NCBI GenBank assembly: GCA_046293555.1
Contig: JBKBOT010000008.1
Location: 1-24,651 of the forward strand
Direction of reading: 5' to 3'
Source: Pyrobaculum sp.
GTDB taxonomy: Archaea; Thermoproteota; Thermoprotei; Thermoproteales; Thermoproteaceae
DNA length: 24,651 bases
Shown: one piece after another, positions 1 to 7,816 of the stretch
Layout of the letters: the number at the start of each line of letters is the position of its first letter
How positions within the stretch are numbered: the stretch's first letter is position 1
Notes under the pieces: model-generated
Told to the model about the DNA's origin: nothing
Database searches by the model: none
Seen by the model: the letters and a program-made list of their open reading frames with translations, nothing else
Program-made: the position numbers and the translations under genes

Positions 1-2
1 TA

Positions 3-374
3 GAACAGCTACGAAACGTGATCGAGGGGCTGCGGGGGGAGTTGGAGATGTTATACGCCAAGAAGGAGCTTGGCCTCATCTCGGAGGGGGACTACACAAA
101 CCTGGCGGCGGAGTTGGAAAAAAGGATTGTGGAGTATCAAGACAAGTTAAATGACATCGTCCAAAAGGCCGCCGAGTTGGGAAGCCGCGTGTTGTACCTC
201 TGGGCCAGGGCTTTGACCAAGGAGTATCTAGCCAAGTTCGACTTGGTGGAACTAGAGAGGAGGGTAGAGGAGGCCAGGGCCTCTGGGGCGATAGACGAGG
301 AGGCTTACGCCAAGATAAAACACGAGGTTGCCCTAATGAAAAACACCTGGGAGTTGTTAAACCTCCTCTATTGA
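3..374 (+). CDS. Coiled-coil hypothetical protein, 5'-truncated by the window, with two SHOCT-like G-x-I-[SD]-E-x-x-Y motifs
   Basis: Frame is open from base 3 (EQLRNVIEGL...) to TAG at 374. It is Glu/Leu/Lys-rich and helical, with motifs GLISEGDY and GAIDEEAY. Confidence 0.7.
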   Translation, partial: EQLRNVIEGLRGELEMLYAKKELGLISEGDYTNLAAELEKRIVEYQDKLNDIVQKAAELGSRVLYLWARALTKEYLAKFDLVELERRVEEARASGAIDEEAYAKIKHEVALMKNTWELLNLLY

Positions 375-730
375 CACGGCCGTACGTAAGCCCTGCCGTT
401 TTTTATCTCTACTATCTCCACACATGTCCCAGCCGCCGCCTCGCAGTCCAGACAGACGGCCTTCCAGTACTCCCCAGAGACTTTCACCACCCCCTCTGGC
501 TTTAAGTCCTCCACAGCCACGCCCCTGCCTCCGACGTAGGGGAGGACAACTGGCCTTTCCCTAAATATACGCGCCGCCACATATATGGCGAGTGCTAGAA
601 AGGGCGTTGCCACAACTAGGGCGGCCCACAGCGGGATTACGTCGAGTATGTACAACAGAAGGGCGGCGGCGGCGGGGAGGACAAATAGCAACATGTCGTC
701 TAGAATTGCGAACAGTAGGACAAGTCGCAT
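368..730 (-). CDS. Short NfeD-family membrane protein (N-terminal TM helices plus C-terminal OB-fold)
   Basis: Hydrophobic N-terminus followed by the NfeD signature VGGRGVAVEDLKPEGVVKVSGEYWKA...GTCVEIVEIKNGRAYVRP. Confidence 0.88.
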   Translation of the reverse strand: MRLVLLFAILDDMLLFVLPAAAALLLYILDVIPLWAALVVATPFLALAIYVAARIFRERPVVLPYVGGRGVAVEDLKPEGVVKVSGEYWKAVCLDCEAAAGTCVEIVEIKNGRAYVRPCQ

Positions 731-755
731 ATATTAAACCACCTCTATAAAATAT

Positions 756-1811
756 GTGTTCACCATAGAGGTGCCCCCCGGCCACGCGGCCTTGGTGAGA
801 GGGCCTGCGGAAGTCCGGTGTGTAGAAAGCTGTGTGGTTTTCGGCGGGCGTTTCTCCCAATTTCAGGTGCCGCCATATAGGCAATATCCCGTAGAGGGGC
901 CTGCAGTGATTAAACTAGAGGGGGGCGTGGTGGAGTTAACCAGAGAGCCAGCCACGCCGCAAGACTGGCAGATAGACGTAGCCGGCGTCGTGGCGTTAGT
1001 GGGGCCGGTAGACTCGGGGAAGAGCGGTCTCTCCACTTTCCTCCTAAATAGATATGTGTCTCAAGAGAGGAAAGTCTGTGTCATCGACGCAGACGTGGGG
1101 CAGTCAGACGTGGGGCCTCCAGGCCTTGTGTCATATAGCTGCGCCACAGGTCCCGTGGTCCACCTATCCGAGCTGGCCCCCCACGGCGGATATTACGTGG
1201 GGTCTGTATCTCCACAGGGCGTGGAGGAACTCCTGCTGGCTGGCGTGATGTATTGCCTAAAGAAGGCCGCAGAGGGGCAGCCCTACCTCACTGTGATAAA
1301 CACGCCTGGGTGGACCTCGGGGAGGGGCATACAGCTCCTCAGGGCGCTGGCAGACGCCGCGGGGGCCTATGTGGTAAATATCGGCGAGCTTGTGGTAAGA
1401 GGGCTGGTGGTGTCTAAACCCCGCCACGTGGCGTCGCGGGGGCTAGAGGAGAGACGCCTCTGGAGGAATTACAGCTATAGAAAACATGTGGCGTTTAGAT
1501 ACAAGATGACGGCTGGCCACCACCTGTTGACTCTCTGCACTTGGGACAAAGGGCTGACATGCCCCTGGGCTAGATACCAGGCTGGAGACAAGCTGGAGAG
1601 AAAAGAACGCCTCTATCTAGTCCCCCCTCACTATTTACGAAATCTTTTTGCCGTCTTGTATAAAGACGGCAGGCTGGCTGGCTACGGCGTGGTGGAGAGG
1701 CTAGAGCCCCAGCTGGTTTTACACACCTCCACCGGGGATTTCGACGAGGTGAAAATCGGCAAGATAAGAATTAACCCAGAGACGCTAGAGGAGCTCGACC
1801 CCCTCCCCTAG
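756..1811 (+). CDS. Clp1/Grc3/Nol9-family polynucleotide 5'-hydroxyl kinase
   Basis: Walker A GPVDSGKS, DADVGQSDVGPPG motif, NTPGW clasp and RRLWR lid; GTG start. Confidence 0.88.
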   Translation: MFTIEVPPGHAALVRGPAEVRCVESCVVFGGRFSQFQVPPYRQYPVEGPAVIKLEGGVVELTREPATPQDWQIDVAGVVALVGPVDSGKSGLSTFLLNRYVSQERKVCVIDADVGQSDVGPPGLVSYSCATGPVVHLSELAPHGGYYVGSVSPQGVEELLLAGVMYCLKKAAEGQPYLTVINTPGWTSGRGIQLLRALADAAGAYVVNIGELVVRGLVVSKPRHVASRGLEERRLWRNYSYRKHVAFRYKMTAGHHLLTLCTWDKGLTCPWARYQAGDKLERKERLYLVPPHYLRNLFAVLYKDGRLAGYGVVERLEPQLVLHTSTGDFDEVKIGKIRINPETLEELDPLP

Positions 1812-1816
1812 GCGGG

Positions 1817-1830
1817 GGAAAACTTATAAA
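1817..1830 (+). promoter_or_regulatory. BRE/TATA promoter of tRNA-Arg(GCG)
   Basis: GGAAAA followed by CTTATAAA (1823-1830), which starts 28 nt before G1 of the tRNA. Confidence 0.75.
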
Positions 1831-1850
1831 GAACGGCTCTATATGCGGCA

Positions 1851-1942
1851 GGGCCCGTAGCTCAGCCTGGATAGAGCGGCGGTGGGGAAACCCGCCGAGC
1901 CTGCGGAGCCGTAGGTCGTGGGTTCAAATCCCGCCGGGCCCG
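1851..1942 (+). tRNA. tRNA-Arg(GCG) with a 17-nt non-canonical intron (1883-1899, position 30/31)
   Basis: Acceptor GGGCCCG/CGGGCCC, D stem GCTC/GAGC and T arm GTGGG-TTCAAAT-CCCGC. Removing 1883-1899 gives anticodon arm GCGGC-CT-GCG-GA-GCCGT. Followed by CCT, so CCA is not fully encoded. Confidence 0.95.
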
Positions 1943-1948
1943 CCTAGA

Positions 1949-1962
1949 GAAATTCTTATAAA
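1949..1962 (+). promoter_or_regulatory. TATA box of glnA (probably leaderless mRNA)
   Basis: CTTATAAA at 1955-1962 starts 27 nt before ATG 1982. Confidence 0.7.
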
Positions 1963-1981
1963 CCATGTGGAATCTGTCTGT

Positions 1982-3271
1982 ATGCCAGAAGCGGCAAGTG
2001 TGTGGCGTGTACTAAAAGGCGGTGGGGTAAAATACGTCAAGTTCGTCATTGTGGACATTTATGGCTACCCCAGGGTAGACATCATGAATATCGACGAGGC
2101 TAAACACGCCTTTGTAGATGGGGTGTCTTTTGACGCCTCCTCCATACCTGCCTACAGTAGTGTAAACAAGAGCGACTTGGTGGCATATGCGGACCTCAAC
2201 GCTATATATATAGAGTCCTGGAATGGCGGAAAGAGGGCCCTTGTTTTCACTAATGTTCACGACGGCGGCAAGCCCAGCGTGTTAGACCCAAGAAATTTCG
2301 CCAGGTCCACAATCGAGAGGGTCAAGGCAAAGAGGCTAGATCTACTAGTCGGCGTGGAGCTCGAGTTCTTCTTGACTCAAGGCAGCCCCCCCAGGCCTGT
2401 AGATCGCTATAGGTATTTCGACCACCAGCTGGGACCTGGCGCGGCGGCAATAGAGGAGATTATGGAACAAATGGTGGCGTCTGGCATTGGGCACACCAAG
2501 ATGCATCACGAGGTGGCGCCAGGCCAGTTTGAGGTCAACATACCGGCAGACGACCTGTTGACAACTGCAGACAACATCCTGGTGTTTAAAATAATGGCTA
2601 GAGACATAGCGAGGAGACACGGCTTTACCCTCACCTTTATGCCCAAGCCGTTTTGGGGCGTCAACGGGTCTGGGGCTCACGTACATCTAAGCTTTTGGCG
2701 GGACGGCCGTAATCTTTTTGCCTCTAGGGGCGAGCCCAGCGAGGAGCTTAGACATGTGGTAGGCGGGCTTTTGCGATTTGCCTTGCCAAACAGCGTCTGG
2801 GTGGCGCCGACGGTAAATAGCTACAAGCGCCTGGTGCCACACCACGAGGCCCCCACGAGGGTGGTGTGGGGGATAGGCAACCGCTCAGCCATGATACGTA
2901 TACCACACTACGGCGGCAGGATAAACAGGCTGGAATACAGACACCCAGACCCATCCATGAACCCATACATAGCCCTCTCGGCGGTATCCCTAGCGGCGCT
3001 AGAAGGCCTGGAGAAAAAGGCGGAACCCCCACCACCAGTGGCGGAGGTGGCTTATGAGCTCAGGGAGGTGGCCGAGACGCCTCCCAACCTGGGGGAGGCG
3101 GTTAAGCTGGCTAGACACGGCGGGGTGGAGATAGAGGGGAGGCTAAAGGAGACCTACCTCCGCCTAAAGGAGGAGGAGTGGGAAAGCTACCTAACTGAGG
3201 TGGGGAGTTGGGAAAATACGTGGAATAAAATCACCGAGTGGGAATACGCCAGATATCTAGAGACCGCGTGA
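1982..3271 (+). CDS. glnA: Glutamine synthetase (type I)
   Basis: FDASSI, GVELEFFL, HHEVAPGQFE, TFMPKPFWGVNGSGAHVH, NSYKRLVP, NRSAMIRIP and RLEYRHPDPSMNPY. ATG 1982 preferred over GTG 1967 from TATA spacing. Confidence 0.97.
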   Translation: MPEAASVWRVLKGGGVKYVKFVIVDIYGYPRVDIMNIDEAKHAFVDGVSFDASSIPAYSSVNKSDLVAYADLNAIYIESWNGGKRALVFTNVHDGGKPSVLDPRNFARSTIERVKAKRLDLLVGVELEFFLTQGSPPRPVDRYRYFDHQLGPGAAAIEEIMEQMVASGIGHTKMHHEVAPGQFEVNIPADDLLTTADNILVFKIMARDIARRHGFTLTFMPKPFWGVNGSGAHVHLSFWRDGRNLFASRGEPSEELRHVVGGLLRFALPNSVWVAPTVNSYKRLVPHHEAPTRVVWGIGNRSAMIRIPHYGGRINRLEYRHPDPSMNPYIALSAVSLAALEGLEKKAEPPPPVAEVAYELREVAETPPNLGEAVKLARHGGVEIEGRLKETYLRLKEEEWESYLTEVGSWENTWNKITEWEYARYLETA

Positions 3272-3272
3272 G

Positions 3273-3875
3273 CTACAGGGTTTTCTCTAGTCGTCTCTCC
3301 ACGTCGTCCCAATTCACCACGTTCCACCAGTTGTCTACATATGACCCCCTGTCGTTTTTATACTGGAGGTAATAGGCGTGTTCCCACACGTCAAGCGCCA
3401 GGAGGACGTGGGCGTTGGCGACATGCATCAAGTTGTGTTTCTCAACTTGCAGCACCACCAGCTGTCTCTCTAGCGGTTCGTAGACCAGAACGGCCCACCC
3501 GACGCCCTCTACGTTCTTCGCGGCGTTGCTAAACTCCTCCCTAAACTTCTCAAAACTTCCAAAGGTCTTTTCCACCAAATCCGCCGCCCTTCCCCCAGGC
3601 TTTCCGCCGCCCTTTCCGGCCGGCGCCATGTTGGGCCAAAATATGGAGTGGAGCACGTGGCCGTTTAGGTGGAAGGAGAGATCTCTCAATACAGCCCTTA
3701 TATCAATTTGGATCTCTCCCCTCCGCGCCTTTTCTAGCTTTTCCAGCGCTGCGTTTGCCCCGTTGACATACGACTGGTGGTGTTTCTGGTGGTGTAACCT
3801 CATTATCTCCTCTATGATGTAAGGCTCCAGCGCGTTGTATGCATATGGGAGTTGGGGTAGTGTGTATCTAGCCAT
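3273..3875 (-). CDS. sod: Fe/Mn superoxide dismutase
   Basis: LPYAYNALEPYI, HHQKHHQSYV, GHVLHSIFW and DVWEHAYYLQY. Own TATA (TTTAAATA, 3902-3895) starts 27 nt upstream, inside the preceding gene. Confidence 0.98.
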   Translation of the reverse strand: MARYTLPQLPYAYNALEPYIIEEIMRLHHQKHHQSYVNGANAALEKLEKARRGEIQIDIRAVLRDLSFHLNGHVLHSIFWPNMAPAGKGGGKPGGRAADLVEKTFGSFEKFREEFSNAAKNVEGVGWAVLVYEPLERQLVVLQVEKHNLMHVANAHVLLALDVWEHAYYLQYKNDRGSYVDNWWNVVNWDDVERRLEKTL

Positions 3876-3877
3876 GG

Positions 3878-4537
3878 CTAACTCTCGTTGTGTATATTTA
3901 AACAGCTCTGGACGAGTAGAGATCTGTCAAGCCTCCCGGGGGGCCCCCGCCATTTCACCACGCCGTCTTCCATAACCACCACGTAGTTACAACAGTTTAA
4001 CACATCCCAGTGATGTAGCGAGATGGCCACAACTCTCCCCACGCCTCTCAACACCTGTACCACCTCGCCTCTCCAACGCGGGTGGAGGCCTTCAAGAGGC
4101 TCGTCTAGCAAAATGAGGTCTGCCTCGGAGGCAAGAGCCGCGGCAATTACTAACTTCTGCCTCTGGCCCCCGCTGAGGGTATGCCACCTCCGCCGTAGGT
4201 ACTCCGCCGCCCCCAACAGCTCTGCATACCCCCTCGCCTTCTCCACATCCCTCCTATCTACCGGCCTGCTGGAAAACCTCGCCCTCCCTGCTAAAACCAC
4301 GTCGAGACCCCAGGCGTCTGGCGGGACGTAAAAATTGCCTACATACACCCTGGACCCAACCCCCACGTATCTCACCTCCCCCCCGTCTGGCTTCATCAAG
4401 CCGGCCAGTATTTTCATCAAGGTGGTCTTCCCCGAGCCGTTGGGGCCAATTATACAGTTGACACCCCTTTTTAGCTCCCCCTCTGCCTCCAGCCTGAAGG
4501 AAGCCAGCGCCTTCTTTACTTTAAACTCTACGTACAT
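3878..4537 (-). CDS. ABC transporter ATP-binding subunit (iron-chelate/cobalamin type)
   Basis: GPNGSGKTT, LSGGQRQK, ILLDEP and SLH H-loop; overlaps the permease end. Confidence 0.92.
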   Translation of the reverse strand: MYVEFKVKKALASFRLEAEGELKRGVNCIIGPNGSGKTTLMKILAGLMKPDGGEVRYVGVGSRVYVGNFYVPPDAWGLDVVLAGRARFSSRPVDRRDVEKARGYAELLGAAEYLRRRWHTLSGGQRQKLVIAAALASEADLILLDEPLEGLHPRWRGEVVQVLRGVGRVVAISLHHWDVLNCCNYVVVMEDGVVKWRGPPGRLDRSLLVQSCLNIHNES

Positions 4538-5432
4538 GCCGCCAGAGGTAATATATAGCCACGGGCACCCCCACTAGCGACAACACCGGCGTGGTTGGCA
4601 CATCTCTCGGCAGGGCTTTTATAAAGAGGTCTGCCGCCAGCGCTAACGCCGCTCCTGCCCCCACGGTGTGGGCTATCGCCAGGTCCATCCTGTGGCTACC
4701 TGCCAGCCATCTGCCCACATGTGGCGCCACTAGCCCCAAAAAGCCGATGGGGCCTACAGACGCCACCACCAGTCCGGTCAGGATGGAGGCCGTGGAGATG
4801 GCCAATATGTTGACAAGCCTCACGTTTACCCCAAGCCCCGCCGCCGCCTCCTCGCCGTGTATATATACAGAAATCCACCTGGCCGTTAGGAAAGCCACAA
4901 CCCCAATGGCGGCAATTGCCGTAAAGACCGCCCACCCCAACGCCCCTGGGGGATATGCCGCGAAGGAGCCCTGTAGGGAGAGGTATATATAGCCCAACTC
5001 CTCGGGGGGTATGAACAACAGCGTTATGCTAACCGCGGCGTGTGTAAAAAAGGCCAGGAGGACACCTGTGAGCAACACCACCAGAAGCGTGGCCCTTCTC
5101 GCCAGCCATAACAACGCCAGGGAGACAACAAAAGCCCCTACCAACGAGCCGAGGAAATAGCCTACATATGGCATTGCGAAAAGCCGCCACAATAGATACA
5201 TCCCTAGGCTAGACAACATGGCGGCGCCAGAAATCCCAAAGACGTAGGGATCCGCCAGGGGGTTCCTGTAGATAGTTTGAAGTATGAGGCCAGCCAGGGC
5301 GAGGCCGATCCCCGCCGCCATTGCCCCTAGCGCCCTGGGGAGCCTCACGGCCTCTACTATATGCCAGTCGAGCCCCGCGGGGCCCCAGAAGAGATGTATA
5401 AAAAAGAGGGCTGCGGCTAGGAAAAAAATCAT
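4521..5432 (-). CDS. FecCD/BtuC-family ABC transporter permease
   Basis: VRLPRALGA, LQTIYRNPLADPYVFGISGAA, GEEAAAGLGVNV and GPIGFLGLVAPH. ATG 5432 forms an ATGA overlap with the binding-protein stop, so it is preferred over 5492. Confidence 0.93.
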   Translation of the reverse strand: MIFFLAAALFFIHLFWGPAGLDWHIVEAVRLPRALGAMAAGIGLALAGLILQTIYRNPLADPYVFGISGAAMLSSLGMYLLWRLFAMPYVGYFLGSLVGAFVVSLALLWLARRATLLVVLLTGVLLAFFTHAAVSITLLFIPPEELGYIYLSLQGSFAAYPPGALGWAVFTAIAAIGVVAFLTARWISVYIHGEEAAAGLGVNVRLVNILAISTASILTGLVVASVGPIGFLGLVAPHVGRWLAGSHRMDLAIAHTVGAGAALALAADLFIKALPRDVPTTPVLSLVGVPVAIYYLWRHVRRV

Positions 5433-6652
5433 CTTAGTTGGACAAACAGCTTGAACTCCCCCGGAGGCGCCACCTCTGGATGTATGATCCATATCAACTC
5501 TTCTAGCAGCCGTTCTGGATATACATGTGACAGTTGGTAAAACGCCCTGCTGTAAGCAAAAACTCTCCCAGTGACGACTGGCCTCAACTCGGCTAGCCTC
5601 TTGTCTATTTTCACCAAGTCCCCTACTGTCTGCGGCCCATATCCAGACCAGATGAGGATATCTACGTCTCTATGTTTAAGCACAACCTCCATATCTACCC
5701 GACTGTAGTTAGCATAGGCGTAGCGCCCCCCGGCGAGTCTGACGAGCTCCCTCGCGCCGGCTCCCGCTGGGTACAACACGCCGCCGTATATTATAAACCA
5801 GGCCACTCTCGGCCTCTCTAAATCGGCTACAAGCGCCGCGAGGGAATTCCACCTGGCTTCCACCTGGCTAAAAATCCTGGCGGCTTCTGTAGTCTTGTTG
5901 TAAAAAGCGGCGATGAATTTTATCCACTCAAAACGGCCTAACGGCGTCTGCTCTTGAAACTCGTTTATTACCACATAGGGGATTTCCAGCTTTCTTAACT
6001 TCTCGATAACAGCCTCAGTGCCGTAGGGCCCCGGGTAGAAGTATACAAACACGACCTCCGGCCTTAACGCCGCCAGCCTCTCGAGATTTGGGGAGTGGGC
6101 CGGCCCCATGTCTACAATAGTGCCGTTGTTTAACATGTCTCTAACTTCCGGCAGGTGCCACTCGTATTCCCCACCCCACATGATGCCCTTGACGCCTCTC
6201 AAAAGCCCCACGTCTTTAGTCTCCAGGTATAGCCTATAGAGGAGGCCCACGTGTGTAGAAGACATAAAGACAGCTCTCTCCACTGGATACCCCACCACCA
6301 GGTCTGGCTTGTATTTCTCCACATAGACCTCCGGGCGGGCCCCCTTGGGGGCCAGGAGGATTTTTCTCCCCATGGCATCTGTCAGGAGGTAGTACCCGCC
6401 GTCGTATTTAATAGAAAACAGGGCGGCGTGTCTTACCGCCACCTCGCCAGAAGGCGAGAGGGCCAACTGCGTCATGTTTTCTAACTGCCGTTGTAGCGCA
6501 CCCACCTTTGTGTCTACCTCCTGTAGGGTGGCCTGGAGTTTAGCTATGCCGGACTCCACGGCTGTCAGCCTCTCTGTGGTGGCCCATATTGACAAAATGG
6601 CTATTAGCGCGAGGATTACGGCGGCTGTGGATAAGACGGCCGTCTTATTCAT
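5429..6652 (-). CDS. ABC transporter substrate-binding protein, BtuF/FepB (helical backbone) superfamily, with N-terminal TM anchor and short coiled coil
   Basis: N-terminal hydrophobic helix; PVERAVFMSSTH, PNLERLAALRPEVV, EQTPLGRFEWIKFIAAFY and PERLLEELIWIIHPE. Confidence 0.88.
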   Translation of the reverse strand: MNKTAVLSTAAVILALIAILSIWATTERLTAVESGIAKLQATLQEVDTKVGALQRQLENMTQLALSPSGEVAVRHAALFSIKYDGGYYLLTDAMGRKILLAPKGARPEVYVEKYKPDLVVGYPVERAVFMSSTHVGLLYRLYLETKDVGLLRGVKGIMWGGEYEWHLPEVRDMLNNGTIVDMGPAHSPNLERLAALRPEVVFVYFYPGPYGTEAVIEKLRKLEIPYVVINEFQEQTPLGRFEWIKFIAAFYNKTTEAARIFSQVEARWNSLAALVADLERPRVAWFIIYGGVLYPAGAGARELVRLAGGRYAYANYSRVDMEVVLKHRDVDILIWSGYGPQTVGDLVKIDKRLAELRPVVTGRVFAYSRAFYQLSHVYPERLLEELIWIIHPEVAPPGEFKLFVQLR

Positions 6653-6670
6653 AAGGTGGAGGTTTTTCCA

Positions 6671-7816
6671 CTATATAAGCTTTTCCGGCGCGATTATCGC
6701 CTCTACGGAACGTCTTATTTTTGGCATTAGCCACAACGTCCCCTCTTGTACAGCTCTCCACATTGACGCATCTAGCTGGGCTGGGTCTCCCCCCTTGTTG
6801 AGAAACTCCGCCGCCTCTAACGCCCTGGTGGAGGGACTACGGCGGCTCCAGAGGTATTTAAAAAAGGTGAGGCGATATTGCGGCGGCTCTCTTGGCCTCA
6901 AGGCCTCTAGCACCGCCTCTCTGGCCTCCTGCAGCCCCGTGGCTGACTCCACCGCCGTTAGGATGTAAGCCGTATCTCCCACCACGTCGAACTCCACGTG
7001 GTATGAGTAGGAGATACCCCTATTTCGCAAAAGCTGGAATAATATGGACTTCGCCCCGTCGCCTAGGTGGAAACTAGCTGCAGCCAGCTGTATGTAGGTA
7101 TCTACAGGTCTGTCCGTCTGGACCTCAGCCGCATAGGCGTAATAGACGCCGTCTACATCTCTCCGCTCTACCACACGCGGGGGCCCCCTGGAGGCGGTGG
7201 GTTTTTTCTTCCCTGGGGCAACTCCCTCAAGCTTTCCAAATAGCTCCACGGCGGTCTTTATAGCCCCCTCGTCGACGCCGCCAGAGAGAGCCACAATGGT
7301 GTTATCTGGCGTAAACCACCTCTCCTTGTGGCTTAGCAAGTCCTCTAGCTCTATCGCCTCTATGGCCTCCGGCCTGCCGCCCACCGGCGCCCCCCAGTCC
7401 GAGTCGCCAAATAGGGCCCCAACCGCCAGCTCCGCCACCCTCTCGGCGGGGTCCTCCCGGCTTTGTCTCAACTCCGAGAGAACTATAGCCTTTTCTTTCT
7501 CTAGGTCCCCCACGTGGAAATTGGAGTTGGTGTATATCCTATATGCCAGCTCCACCGCGCCTCTGGCGGATTCCGCCAGCGTCTCAATTATTATAACCAA
7601 GGCGTCTCTATAGGTAAAGGCATTGGCCTCGCCGCCCAGCGTCTCTACCGCCGCGTCAATATCGAAGTTGGGGATGTGGAACAACATGTGTTCTAACAGA
7701 TGGGTGGCCCCCCTCCTCTCTTTCTCCTCGTAGAGAGGCCCAACCCCCACCAGTACTGCCACAGAGGCCAGGTGGCTGGGGAATCTGTCTACATACAACA
7801 CGACGCCGTTTTTCAT
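6671..7816 (-). CDS. M16 (insulinase/pitrilysin) family zinc peptidase
   Basis: Inverted zinc motif GATHLLEHMLF, GGEANAFT, LEKEKAIVLSE and FTPDNTIVALSG; ATGA overlap with the upstream gene. Confidence 0.93.
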   Translation of the reverse strand: MKNGVVLYVDRFPSHLASVAVLVGVGPLYEEKERRGATHLLEHMLFHIPNFDIDAAVETLGGEANAFTYRDALVIIIETLAESARGAVELAYRIYTNSNFHVGDLEKEKAIVLSELRQSREDPAERVAELAVGALFGDSDWGAPVGGRPEAIEAIELEDLLSHKERWFTPDNTIVALSGGVDEGAIKTAVELFGKLEGVAPGKKKPTASRGPPRVVERRDVDGVYYAYAAEVQTDRPVDTYIQLAAASFHLGDGAKSILFQLLRNRGISYSYHVEFDVVGDTAYILTAVESATGLQEAREAVLEALRPREPPQYRLTFFKYLWSRRSPSTRALEAAEFLNKGGDPAQLDASMWRAVQEGTLWLMPKIRRSVEAIIAPEKLI

